A stretch of DNA of 64,000 bases from Bacteriovoracaceae bacterium (GCA_048270185.1 JBLWTJ010000001.1:416001-480000), one strand, 5' to 3'. Positions 20,480 through 30,441 are shown, numbered from the stretch's first letter. Numbers and translations: made by a program. Notes: generated from the sequence alone by a model not told the origin.

Positions 20480-21799
20480 ATGATTAATAAGCTAAGTGAA
20501 GCTCGCGAATTTTACAGTACAATAATTATTGGCGGTGGTATCGTCGGCGCAGGTGTCTTTAGGGACCTAAGTCTACATGATATAGACACTCTCATTATTG
20601 ATAAGAAAGATTTTGCATCACAAACTAGCTCTAAGAGCTCTAAGATGTTACATGGGGGAATTCGCTACCTCGAAAACTTTGACTTTCCACTCGTTTGGGA
20701 GGCTTTACACGAAAAAAATCTTTGGCTAAAACTTGCTCCTCACTTATGCTTTGAGGAAAAATTCTATCTTCCTATTTACTCTGATTCGATTCGTCCAAAA
20801 TGGATGATTCGTATCGGGCTATTCTTATATGACCTACTCTCTAGTTTTCAAAACTCTCCATATGAAATGAAGTCAAAGAATGAAACCCTGGCAGTAAATA
20901 AAGATCTAAAAGAGCAAGATTTAAGAGGAAGTGGTGTCTACCACGATGCCATAGTTGATGATCGAAGACTTACGATTGAAGTAATCCGCGATGGAGCAAT
21001 GAATTCTAATTGTCATGCCCTAAATCACGTTGGAGTCGAAGATTATGTGTTCCTAGAGGATGGGAGCGTTAGAGTTGACTTAAAAGATGAAATTGATGGA
21101 ACTATTAAAACCGTATATTGCCACGACCTCGTCTTTGCTACTGGCCCATTTACAGACCAGCTATTAGCTAAGAGTAATCAGATCCATTGGCGTCCTCAAC
21201 TTCTTCCATCAAGAGGAAGTCATATCTGGATTGCAAAGGATCGCTTAAAGATTGATACGGCAATTCTACTAACTCCAAATGATGGACGTGTAATCTTTGT
21301 CATCCCGCAGGCCGATCGTATTCTTGTTGGAACAACTGAGGCCAAGATTGAAGGTGACTACTTTGATCTTGAGGCCACACCAGAAGAGATCACTTACCTT
21401 CTGGCCAATATCAACCAATACTTCCCAAAAGCACAGATCAAAGAAGAAGATATAATTTCGTCATTTGCAGGGATTAGACCACTTGTTAAAGACGATACAA
21501 CAGCGACTCTTGGCAAGACGGCCAGAGTGCACAAGTATTTTCAACCTTTAAGAAATTGTCATGTTCTACTTGGCGGAAAGTACACTACTTTTAGAACTAT
21601 GGCCCAAGATGTAACAAGAACTATTGTTCACAAGCATAAGAAGGCCTATATACACACAAAAGCGGCACAAGAGTTTCAATTTAAAACTCGCTTTAACCCA
21701 TTTTCTGCCAAAGAAATTACAGCGGATCAAGAAAGAGAGATCCGCCAATATGAATTTATACGAAGTGAAGATGATTTTTTAAGACGTGTTAAACGTTAG
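20480..21799 (+). CDS. glpD: Glycerol-3-phosphate dehydrogenase/oxidase family FAD oxidoreductase (short C-terminus)
   Basis: IIGGGIVG, TSSKSSKMLHGGIRYLE, ATGPF, DGRVIFVIP, FAGIRPL, GGKYTTFR. Confidence 0.8.
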   Translation: MINKLSEAREFYSTIIIGGGIVGAGVFRDLSLHDIDTLIIDKKDFASQTSSKSSKMLHGGIRYLENFDFPLVWEALHEKNLWLKLAPHLCFEEKFYLPIYSDSIRPKWMIRIGLFLYDLLSSFQNSPYEMKSKNETLAVNKDLKEQDLRGSGVYHDAIVDDRRLTIEVIRDGAMNSNCHALNHVGVEDYVFLEDGSVRVDLKDEIDGTIKTVYCHDLVFATGPFTDQLLAKSNQIHWRPQLLPSRGSHIWIAKDRLKIDTAILLTPNDGRVIFVIPQADRILVGTTEAKIEGDYFDLEATPEEITYLLANINQYFPKAQIKEEDIISSFAGIRPLVKDDTTATLGKTARVHKYFQPLRNCHVLLGGKYTTFRTMAQDVTRTIVHKHKKAYIHTKAAQEFQFKTRFNPFSAKEITADQEREIRQYEFIRSEDDFLRRVKR

Positions 21800-21811
21800 C
21801 TTATATGCGCA

Positions 21812-22927
21812 CTAAAAACGCATATAAGCACCAGCGATGGCCCTAAATCCACTTAGACTATATGTATTATCAATTGTTGCTGATGAGCCTTCAATTGAGA
21901 ATGTAGAAGATGTCGAAAAGTAGTCACCCTTTGCATAGAATCCAAAACCTGAATCCATTGTATACTTAAGGCCACCACCAAAATTCATATAAGTTCCGGC
22001 CCCTGATAAATTCTCTAAGTTGCTTGAAGTACTATTTTCAGGCATATCGGTAAGGGATGCCATCGAAATTCCAAAACCAACTTCAACAAAAGGTATGAAT
22101 CGATTAGTTGCCATCGGGTTAGTGATATGGAAGTTTACCGCACCACCAAAATCAAGTGATGAAGTTGTCGATTCTCTTACACCATTTGCTCCACTTGAAT
22201 ATCCAATAACGGCCTTAAGAGAAAATTTTTGTAGGAAGCTTTGTGACTTTGGAAAGAGTAATTCAAACTCTCCATTAAAGCCAAGCCCACTCATTTCAGC
22301 GTTAGATTGATCTACATCTGTTTCATAGGTTCCGCTTAACATATTCAAACCAGTTGAGATATTGAGGGCCATATTCTTATCGAGAATCTTACTTGGAGTT
22401 GGACGTTTCTCGGCCTTATGATTACTTGAAAAGCTTGTCGTTTTAATTGCTTCGTATTCATCTTGTTCAACAGGAATATCACTAACAATTTTAGTTTGTT
22501 CACTTTCACGTCTACGCTCAATATCAACAGGCTCCCCCATTTGTCTGCTATCTTTTGGGTAAGTTGGGGCCAAAGACTTAGAGCGATCATTTGTCACCTT
22601 AACAGGAGAAGCAATTTTTAGGTTCGCTACTTTATCACGGTGAATTTCACTTGGTTTCACAATTCGATAAATACTCCAAACTGATCTGGAAGGAGTAGCA
22701 CGAATAACAACGGCCCTCGCGAAAACACCAGTTGTAATAAAGAATTTAGCGTGATCACCGATTGCAAGACCATCTTCTAATCCACGGTTCATAAGAATTG
22801 TCTTCTTTGTATCCGATGTTTGAAGAATTCTAAAAGTTAACTTCTCATCGATATCCAGAGCATTAGCACTAAATGTTGTCATTAGAAGTGTGATCGTTAA
22901 AATTGTTCTTAGTAAACTTCCTGTCAT
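21812..22927 (-). CDS. Outer-membrane beta-barrel protein with N-terminal FlgT_C-like domain
   Basis: Signal peptide; ILMNRGLEDGLAIGD motif; barrel strands ending GAYMRF. Confidence 0.7.
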   Translation of the reverse strand: MTGSLLRTILTITLLMTTFSANALDIDEKLTFRILQTSDTKKTILMNRGLEDGLAIGDHAKFFITTGVFARAVVIRATPSRSVWSIYRIVKPSEIHRDKVANLKIASPVKVTNDRSKSLAPTYPKDSRQMGEPVDIERRRESEQTKIVSDIPVEQDEYEAIKTTSFSSNHKAEKRPTPSKILDKNMALNISTGLNMLSGTYETDVDQSNAEMSGLGFNGEFELLFPKSQSFLQKFSLKAVIGYSSGANGVRESTTSSLDFGGAVNFHITNPMATNRFIPFVEVGFGISMASLTDMPENSTSSNLENLSGAGTYMNFGGGLKYTMDSGFGFYAKGDYFSTSSTFSIEGSSATIDNTYSLSGFRAIAGAYMRF

Positions 22928-22936
22928 AGTAATTCC

Positions 22937-24496
22937 TTAAAAATATACACTTAAACTTGCAATAAATTTTACGTTATTTACTTTCTGATTTAACTCATAA
23001 ATCTGGTCGCCCGAAGCGACTTCGTTTAAAGGAGATAAATTTAGTAACTCATAATTTAGCTTTGCTCCTAGACCAAAACTAAATTGATTTTCCTTTTCAA
23101 AATCTCTAAAAGTAGAGATACGAGTCTTAATACCTAAGCTTAAAGATGGAAGAGCTACCGCTTCATAATCATAAGTATAGGCAGATAGGCTTGGTGAAGT
23201 GACCTCACCAGTACCTCTTTTAAACCCAAAGCCAATATAGGCCAGTAGCTTATTTCGAATATAAGGAGCATTGTAGAAGTAATAATTCACATGAGTTGAA
23301 ATATTAACAAATGTCATGCGTCCATTAATACCACCAAGATCCACATTCAAGTTAGAAGCATCAAGACCAAAGTCAACCGACCACTTACCAAGTGAATGAT
23401 GGGCCCTAATGAGATGAAACTCATAGGCAGCAGCAAGGCCATAACCAAGGTTTTGATGATTAGGATCTGAGTCTGAATAATTGGCCAATAAATTTGACAT
23501 CAGACTTAATTGAATTTCATTACCACTTTCAATTGCAAGAACATTTTCACGTCGATATTTTTCACGGGCAATCCCAGAAGCCTTTAAATAATTAGCTAAT
23601 TGTTTACTATTCATATCGGCCGAGTATAGAGGTCCTTCACGGTCAATGACGGCCTTAGTCGCTTTACTAATTTGATTCTTAGCACGTTCACGTGCAAGAG
23701 TTTTTTCCATTGTATTTGGTATCGATATATTAGAGGCAGATCCAGTTAGGCTAGGGGCCCCTGTATAGTACATTTCCTCATAGCCATCTTGAGCAGCTGA
23801 TATTTTTTCCAGTTGGGCCTGATTTTGAACTCCAATATCTTTTGATAATTCTTGTTCAGAGAGTTCACTAACATCAATTGGTTTCAATTTAGAGTTAATA
23901 TACTTGTACTTTATTCTTCCATCTTTAACGATAATCTCATTACCACTTTTAAGAATTGAATTCTCTGTAACCTCGTAACTATTTAGGTCATTATGTTCTT
24001 CTTTATAATTGAGGTCGTTTTCTGCTCCCTTTTCTTGAACAAGATCGGAAGGAACAACTCCATCAATGGCATAACGGTTATTTCTCATAACACGTTTTGA
24101 TTCATGCCCCTTAATCAAGTAGTGTGGAGTCTTTGTTTTACGCCCTTTAGCAACTATTGATCGGATTTGTAACTTGATATCTTTGCCAGTTTGGAAGTTA
24201 TTACGATTAATTTTATCGCCATTGACCTTTTTAAAATACCAGTGAGAATCACGATCAGAAACTTTTAATAACTCGATAGTTCCAAGGAATAAATAACGAG
24301 GCTTTTCAAGTTCACCATAACGAACGGAAACATCGGCGATGTCACCAGGCTTTAGTCCTGCAAGCTTACCAATATCAAGCTTTATTGTTCGGCCTGACTG
24401 ACTTAGTGCAAGAACTTTTGCATCTTGCATAGACCAAGTCTTCAGTGAAATCAGGGCCATTAAAAGTAACATCACAAATTGTTTATATTTATCCAT
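22937..24496 (-). CDS. Outer-membrane beta-barrel protein with N-terminal FlgT_C-like domain
   Basis: Signal peptide; IKLDIGKLAGLKPGD motif; barrel strands ending LSVYF; start uncertain. Confidence 0.65.
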   Translation of the reverse strand: MDKYKQFVMLLLMALISLKTWSMQDAKVLALSQSGRTIKLDIGKLAGLKPGDIADVSVRYGELEKPRYLFLGTIELLKVSDRDSHWYFKKVNGDKINRNNFQTGKDIKLQIRSIVAKGRKTKTPHYLIKGHESKRVMRNNRYAIDGVVPSDLVQEKGAENDLNYKEEHNDLNSYEVTENSILKSGNEIIVKDGRIKYKYINSKLKPIDVSELSEQELSKDIGVQNQAQLEKISAAQDGYEEMYYTGAPSLTGSASNISIPNTMEKTLARERAKNQISKATKAVIDREGPLYSADMNSKQLANYLKASGIAREKYRRENVLAIESGNEIQLSLMSNLLANYSDSDPNHQNLGYGLAAAYEFHLIRAHHSLGKWSVDFGLDASNLNVDLGGINGRMTFVNISTHVNYYFYNAPYIRNKLLAYIGFGFKRGTGEVTSPSLSAYTYDYEAVALPSLSLGIKTRISTFRDFEKENQFSFGLGAKLNYELLNLSPLNEVASGDQIYELNQKVNNVKFIASLSVYF

Positions 24497-24523
24497 ATAA
24501 TTAATTATAACGAATGGAAGTAT

Positions 24524-24552
24524 TTGAAACAATATGGTAGAGTATGTATATT
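24524..24552 (+). promoter_or_regulatory. Sigma70 promoter for small gene plus trxB
   Basis: TTGAAA-N17-TATATT. Confidence 0.55.
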
Positions 24553-24598
24553 TTTATTAAAATTTGCCACGGTGCACCATGAGTGAACGGAGGAAAAA

Positions 24599-24784
24599 AT
24601 GGCCAAAAGAAAGAAGAATATCCAGATTTTTCGATATGAATGTCAAATGACTGGCGAAACATACAAGACGACTAAGAAAGCAAAAAATCCTGACGATCTT
24701 GTTTCAGTAAATGCATACTACGATATGCACCCAGAAGAAGATGATCGTCCTGAAGATATCAAGAAAGAATTAGGGATTGAATAA
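24599..24784 (+). CDS. Small hypothetical protein (61 aa)
   Basis: Strong GGAGG SD; ends 31 bp before trxB. Confidence 0.8.
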   Translation: MAKRKKNIQIFRYECQMTGETYKTTKKAKNPDDLVSVNAYYDMHPEEDDRPEDIKKELGIE

Positions 24785-24815
24785 TATCTAAATTTAAGTA
24801 AAAACGGAGTTTTAA

Positions 24816-25745
24816 ATGGCACATCATAAAGTCATTATCATTGGATCAGGTCCTGCTGGTTATACAGCAGCTCTATATGCTTCACGCGCAAATCTATCTC
24901 CACTGGTTATCGAAGGACATGAACCAGGGGGACAATTAACAACAACGACAGATGTTGATAACTTTCCGGGATTTCCCGAAGGTATTATGGGGCCAGAACT
25001 TATGGCCAACATGAAAAAACAAACACAGAGATTTGGGACTGAATACCTGAGCGGTTTCGTCACAGATATCGACACATCTAAGAGACCTTTCACTCTAACT
25101 ATTGACGGTGAGAAAACTTACACAGCGGATGCCGTTATCCTAGCAACAGGAGCATCTGCGAAGTATCTTGGTCTCCCAAACGAGAAAGAGCTAATTGGTA
25201 AAGGTGTTAGTGCATGTGCAACTTGTGATGGATTCTTCTATCGCGACCGAGTTGTCCACGTTGTTGGTGGTGGTGATACGGCAATGGAAGAAGCAACTTT
25301 CCTAACTAAATTTGCTTCAAAAGTATATGTCGTTCACAGAAGAAGTGAGCTAAGAGCTTCAAAGCCAATGCAAGAAAGAGCTTTCGCAAATGAGAAAATT
25401 GAATTCGTATGGGATAGCGCTGTTACTGAAATTATTGCGGATGCAACAGGTGTAACTTCAATTAAAGTTGAGAACTTAAAAACTGGAGAAGTTACTGAGC
25501 GTGCCACAGACGGCCTATTTATGGGGATCGGTCACAAACCAAATACAGACTTCTTAAAAGGTAAAATTAACCTTGATGATCATGGATTCATTATCACAGA
25601 AGGTAAGCACCCAGATACAAATGTACCAGGAATTTACGCTTGCGGTGATGTTCAAGATTCATACTATCGTCAAGCAATCTCTGCAGCTGGTTCAGGTTGC
25701 CAAGCGGCCATTCGCGCAGAAAGATTCTTAGAAGAAAACGAGTAA
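24816..25745 (+). CDS. trxB: Thioredoxin-disulfide reductase
   Basis: IIGSGPAG, GVSACATCDG, VGGGDTAMEEA, GIYACGDV, RQAISAAGSG. Confidence 0.98.
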   Translation: MAHHKVIIIGSGPAGYTAALYASRANLSPLVIEGHEPGGQLTTTTDVDNFPGFPEGIMGPELMANMKKQTQRFGTEYLSGFVTDIDTSKRPFTLTIDGEKTYTADAVILATGASAKYLGLPNEKELIGKGVSACATCDGFFYRDRVVHVVGGGDTAMEEATFLTKFASKVYVVHRRSELRASKPMQERAFANEKIEFVWDSAVTEIIADATGVTSIKVENLKTGEVTERATDGLFMGIGHKPNTDFLKGKINLDDHGFIITEGKHPDTNVPGIYACGDVQDSYYRQAISAAGSGCQAAIRAERFLEENE

Positions 25746-25771
25746 GATATTTTTGTGGCCTAGGTAAGAAC

Positions 25772-27667
25772 TTAGGCCACATCTTCATTCAAGTAAAGTT
25801 CAACTCTATCCACCGTTGCATCAAAAAGACTTTTCACAACCTTACTACCATTTGCCAGTCTTTTAACAATCTCATCGTAATCAATTAAAGCATCACTTGC
25901 CACAGACTTAAGGCCTACGGCACCGTCTTTTAATTGCTTGGCCACATAGAAGTATAAGTATAGATCAGCACATTGCTGCTTAGATAAATCATGTTGCTCA
26001 AATGCCCGAATATTTAAATCGTTAGCATCAAGAGATATTTGAGGCTGGCTATCAATTTCGAAAAGAGGAGCGATTTCACTAGTTCTAATATGGAGGTTAC
26101 CACTGCCCTTATTAAAGATCATAAGTCTAGCGATGCAGGCCTTAAGTTCTGAAATATTCCCTGGCCAATCGTAGTCCAAAAGAATCTCTTGGACTTGATT
26201 TGAAATGCGCTTCTTTGCCGTATGATTCTTTAAGCTGTATTGGGTAATAAAGAAATTTGCAAAGTACAGGATATCTTCTTTTCGATCTTTAAGCGGTACT
26301 GTTTTAAATGACGAAATATTAAAATCTTCTAAGAATTGATTTCCAGTAAGTAAAACACGGTAGCTACCATTATCCACAAGATGATTAAGAACATACTTAG
26401 CAACAGAGCGACTTAATTTATCAAAGCCTTTAATAACCAAATGGCCACCGACTAACTTATCACGAATTTTCTCAATTTGTGCCTCAAGATCAACTTTAGT
26501 CATTTTCTCAGTAGCATTAATAATTTCAACACGTGTATTCTTTGTATTAGAAAAATGAGCTATTTTCTCACAAAGATGATACTTACCGCTTCCCTCGTCA
26601 CCATAGATATAGACTGGGCCTGTCTTTTTAGCGCCTGAATGTTGAGCGATGAAATTCTGGGCCTGTGTCGCAAAAAGACTTACCCCTAAAGGAGTACTAG
26701 CTCTGCCCTGAGCATCTAAGAACTCATCTTCATAATCGATTTCATCATCTTTATTATAAAAATATAGAAGGCCAATTACACGGGCCAAGAACATTGCCTG
26801 CTTCAAATCATTTTCAGTGAATAACTCTCCCTTCTCTTTATTTGAAAAGTTTAAAATCCCAAAAATATTCTCATTCTGATCAAAGATCGGACACATCATA
26901 TAAGTTGAAATTGTCGTATTATTGACAACCTCATACATATTAAAGAATTCATCACTTGAAAGGCTTTGGGAAAATTTTGATTTAATTCCACGAGGATTAT
27001 TATAAAGCTGCTCTAAGATTCCAACTATTGGATATTCAATATCGTGTAACTCATTCTTTTGAAAATCAAATTCACTAAAGGTATGCTCGTCATGACCCAC
27101 GATAAACGCTCTCGCATCACGGGCCCTTACAACCCTTTGAACCTCAATAATAAAGAGCTTGATAAGCTCTATTTTATTTTCAAAGTTTTTAAAAATATGA
27201 AACAAATCTAAAATCATTGAAGTAGATACTTCATCTTCGCTATCAACTTTCGTACTATCATCAAAATTTCCGGCAACTGCTTCATTTAAAACCATATCAT
27301 ACATAAGGTCTCTAAGTCTTAAACGACTCATCGAGGAAACTAAATCAGACATCAACTTCATAATACTTTCAACTTGGTAGTCAACAAACTCAAGTCCTAA
27401 GTAATTATCAGCATTATTGTTTATATTTGGACGATAACGACGAAGTCTTACCGTTTGCATGAGGCGATTCTTCTTAAAGCGAATCTCAATCTTAAAAATT
27501 TGACTATCAACATACTCACCGATTAAAACCCCGATTCCTGTCGTGGAAATATTATCAATGATCACATTAAATGAATTAGACGTCGAATCTCCTACCATTT
27601 CATAGAGGATACATTCAATATCATCACTTTCTCTAAGCTTTATGCGATAATTTCTTAATTTCTTCAA
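25772..27667 (-). CDS. PilZ-GAF-degenerate sigma54-activator AAA+ protein
   Basis: NISTTG PilZ motif; GAF (MMCPIFDQNENIFGILNFSNK..FTENDL); Walker A GDEGSGK; PLKDRKEDI, YDWPGNISEL; no GAFTGA. Confidence 0.8.
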   Translation of the reverse strand: MKKLRNYRIKLRESDDIECILYEMVGDSTSNSFNVIIDNISTTGIGVLIGEYVDSQIFKIEIRFKKNRLMQTVRLRRYRPNINNNADNYLGLEFVDYQVESIMKLMSDLVSSMSRLRLRDLMYDMVLNEAVAGNFDDSTKVDSEDEVSTSMILDLFHIFKNFENKIELIKLFIIEVQRVVRARDARAFIVGHDEHTFSEFDFQKNELHDIEYPIVGILEQLYNNPRGIKSKFSQSLSSDEFFNMYEVVNNTTISTYMMCPIFDQNENIFGILNFSNKEKGELFTENDLKQAMFLARVIGLLYFYNKDDEIDYEDEFLDAQGRASTPLGVSLFATQAQNFIAQHSGAKKTGPVYIYGDEGSGKYHLCEKIAHFSNTKNTRVEIINATEKMTKVDLEAQIEKIRDKLVGGHLVIKGFDKLSRSVAKYVLNHLVDNGSYRVLLTGNQFLEDFNISSFKTVPLKDRKEDILYFANFFITQYSLKNHTAKKRISNQVQEILLDYDWPGNISELKACIARLMIFNKGSGNLHIRTSEIAPLFEIDSQPQISLDANDLNIRAFEQHDLSKQQCADLYLYFYVAKQLKDGAVGLKSVASDALIDYDEIVKRLANGSKVVKSLFDATVDRVELYLNEDVA

Positions 27668-27695
27668 AATAATAACCCTTAGTGTTTATAAAGAC

Positions 27696-27723
27696 TTATC
27701 GACTAGTAAAAAAGCGAACTTTA
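27696..27723 (-). promoter_or_regulatory. Sigma28-like promoter
   Basis: TAAA-N16-GTCGATAA upstream of 25772..27667. Confidence 0.5.
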
Positions 27724-27736
27724 ACTAACAATTGTA

Positions 27737-27763
27737 TAAAAAAATCAAAGAATAGTCCGATGA
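27737..27763 (+). promoter_or_regulatory. Sigma28-like promoter
   Basis: TAAA-N15-TCCGATGA upstream of GTG 27772. Confidence 0.55.
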
Positions 27764-27771
27764 GCCAAATA

Positions 27772-29502
27772 GTGAAATACAATATTCAAAACTATAAATT
27801 CTTTAAGTCTTACCGCTTTCCTATTGTTGAAGCAGACAGAGTTGTTGCTGAAGTAGTCACTTTTGAGCGAGAAAATATCAAACACAATAATGTACGTATT
27901 GACTCAATTAATCTGTCTGGGCTTAATTTTGTCTGTAATCAGAAGTATTCTATTGGCGAGCAAGTTAAAATAAAGATTACGACAAATCGACTCTTTAATA
28001 ACTGGGACTTTGAATTAACAGGACGAATTATACGATCATTTGTTTACTGTGAAGATGTCACAAAAACAATTTACGGGGTATCGATAGCTCCTAATTCACA
28101 AACAACAGTTCTTAAATATTTCCTTAAAGATTTCCTGTCACACTATAAAACAAAGAAGTTAAAAGATAAGCTCTTTCATATTTGCCAAAATAAAGTGCAG
28201 ATTAGTCGAGATGATGGAGTTGAGCTATTCTCTCTATTTCAAAGTCTAATTCAAACGACTTACAATGGAGAACTAAGTAGTATTCTAAAAGAATTGCCTA
28301 GAATATTTCACTGTGAAAATTATCACATCTTTATTTATGATGCTAAGAATGGCGAATTTGAAATTGATCGCTCGAACTCAGAAACACCAGTTCATTTATC
28401 GAATCTAAAGAGCCTCTTGAAAGAATCTTATTTTAATAAAGTAATTATCAATAAAACTTTTAATGAGAAGAGTGCAACAGGAGTAGAGATTGAAACAAAG
28501 AATATTCTCTTGGCACCGATTATCAATTATCACGGCGAAAGTATAGGAATTACTTGTCTATCAAATACTCTATCGGGTGAGAAGTTTAATTTTACAATGC
28601 TTGAAAATATAAAAATTGTCTCAGGCCTCATAGCCTACTTCTACGAAGGCAAGAATATTGTCAGTGCAGAAAAGATTGAAAATAAAACTCCTGACTATTA
28701 TATCTTTAGTGACCGAACACAAACAGGTCTCTCTATCATCCATAACTTAAATACCATCAAAAACACACGTGAGAACCTCTATATTCGCGGCGAAGAAGGT
28801 TGTGGAAAAAGTGCTTACGCAAATTATATCTGTAACAATTATGACAAGAAACCAGGTGATGTAAAAAATCACATCGATTTCGCTAATGCCGAACATCGTA
28901 ATCTTGACTTAATTAGCGAACTCAACGCCAGTGGTGTGCAAGATTTAATTATAAAGAATATCGATCAATTAACTCTACAAGAACAAGCAACATTCTTTAA
29001 TCTCATCAGTTCACTTCACATGAGAATAATTACCATCTCGACAAAGGATTTAAAGTCTCTTGAAAAGAATGATCTCATCATGACAGAGCTTTATAACTTA
29101 ATCACAACAGTTAAAATAAACATTCCCCCTCTAAGACTAAGAAAGCCCGAAGTTCTTGAGATTGCTCGCAACTATATTCGATATGAATGCGAAAAGAGAG
29201 AGATTTCACTTAAGAAATTATGTCAAGATTCTATTAATTTTCTCGAATCAAATAGCTGGGATTTTAATGCGAGAAAACTTCACTCTTTAATTGTTAAGGC
29301 CATCCTAAAGGCCGACAAATCTGAAACAGTAATCAGAATCACTGAAGAAAAAGGACATTTCGACACTATCATCAAAAGCGACAAAAACTCTCAACTACAA
29401 GATTATATTCTTAGTACGCTAAATACATGTGACAAATCAATATCTTATAAAAGTACCGAGACTATTTTTGTTGAAAATTTAATGACAAAAAAAGCTTCTT
29501 AA
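27772..29502 (+). CDS. PilZ-like-GAF-degenerate sigma54-activator AAA+ protein
   Basis: PilZ-like beta domain; GAF (LLAPIINYHGESIG); Walker A GEEGCGKS; IPPLRLR, NSWDFNARKL; start uncertain (GTG 27772, ATG 27760 or 27682). Confidence 0.75.
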   Translation: MKYNIQNYKFFKSYRFPIVEADRVVAEVVTFERENIKHNNVRIDSINLSGLNFVCNQKYSIGEQVKIKITTNRLFNNWDFELTGRIIRSFVYCEDVTKTIYGVSIAPNSQTTVLKYFLKDFLSHYKTKKLKDKLFHICQNKVQISRDDGVELFSLFQSLIQTTYNGELSSILKELPRIFHCENYHIFIYDAKNGEFEIDRSNSETPVHLSNLKSLLKESYFNKVIINKTFNEKSATGVEIETKNILLAPIINYHGESIGITCLSNTLSGEKFNFTMLENIKIVSGLIAYFYEGKNIVSAEKIENKTPDYYIFSDRTQTGLSIIHNLNTIKNTRENLYIRGEEGCGKSAYANYICNNYDKKPGDVKNHIDFANAEHRNLDLISELNASGVQDLIIKNIDQLTLQEQATFFNLISSLHMRIITISTKDLKSLEKNDLIMTELYNLITTVKINIPPLRLRKPEVLEIARNYIRYECEKREISLKKLCQDSINFLESNSWDFNARKLHSLIVKAILKADKSETVIRITEEKGHFDTIIKSDKNSQLQDYILSTLNTCDKSISYKSTETIFVENLMTKKAS

Positions 29503-29598
29503 ATTTGACAGACCATTGGCCTTCTTGAAATAATTTTATAAGCAGATCACGGATCGATCTGAAGTAATTCATTTATTTTGACCAGGGAAGGTACAACA

Positions 29599-30423
29599 AT
29601 GAGCAATTCAAGCAATTTCTTTAATTACAATATCCTTAACGTTTCACTCTCAAGACAAACTCGCACTTGCTTTGTAACGGTTGCGAATGATGGACAGTTT
29701 TTCAATACGACAACGTACTTAAATGAATTAGAGAATCTATTTGACTGGCTTACAAATAAAATTGAAATCAACTCTGTTGTCTTTCGCTATAAAGCAGAAA
29801 AAATTGAATTATTTAAGGCAGAAGAATTAAGATTCTTCGATGAAAAGAATCTAGGCTCAACTCTCCAGCAATTAGCTCGTCTTAGCTGGGCCCAAGTACT
29901 TCTTCCTCAAACTATTATTTGGTCTTTTCAAAAAGAGGCCTGCCCATTTAGCCTTGAGCTTGCCATGGGCGGTGATATTCGCTACTGCGCACCTTCATTT
30001 AGTGTGACTTTTAATCAACTCGATAAAGGCATAACTCCAATGGGTGGAATGAATACCCTTACAAATGAAAAAGGTAATAGCGCAAAAATAATGCAATACC
30101 TTCTTTCATCTCAAAGTGTTGGAGCTGATGCACTAATTAGTTCAGGCCTAATCGGGAAAACACTTTATTCAGAAAATGAAATTGAAGATGTTGTCGCAAG
30201 AATTGCAAAGCAATCCCCTACTGCACGCATTCAAACAAAGAGATCATTTAACAACTCTCTCATTAAACAAATGGAAGAAGTTTTCTTAGAAGAAGTTTCA
30301 TTTGCTAACTCAACACTTGCAACAGGCGACTTTAAGAACTACGCAAATCAGAAGGCCTTCATTAATCCTCGTGAATTTGCTAAAGTTTTAAGAGAGACTC
30401 CAACTGTGGCGGAAGCTGTTTAA
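29599..30423 (+). CDS. Crotonase/enoyl-CoA hydratase-like protein (divergent)
   Basis: LELAMGGDIRYC..FNQLDKGITPMGG, ADALISSGLI, IAKQSPTARIQTKR. Confidence 0.8.
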   Translation: MSNSSNFFNYNILNVSLSRQTRTCFVTVANDGQFFNTTTYLNELENLFDWLTNKIEINSVVFRYKAEKIELFKAEELRFFDEKNLGSTLQQLARLSWAQVLLPQTIIWSFQKEACPFSLELAMGGDIRYCAPSFSVTFNQLDKGITPMGGMNTLTNEKGNSAKIMQYLLSSQSVGADALISSGLIGKTLYSENEIEDVVARIAKQSPTARIQTKRSFNNSLIKQMEEVFLEEVSFANSTLATGDFKNYANQKAFINPREFAKVLRETPTVAEAV

Positions 30424-30441
30424 AGTTTATAACGATATATA

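Noticed and set aside
20480..21799. glpD-like gene as a pseudogene because of its short C-terminus
   Set aside because: All FAD and substrate motifs are intact and no frameshifted remainder follows; more likely a naturally short variant
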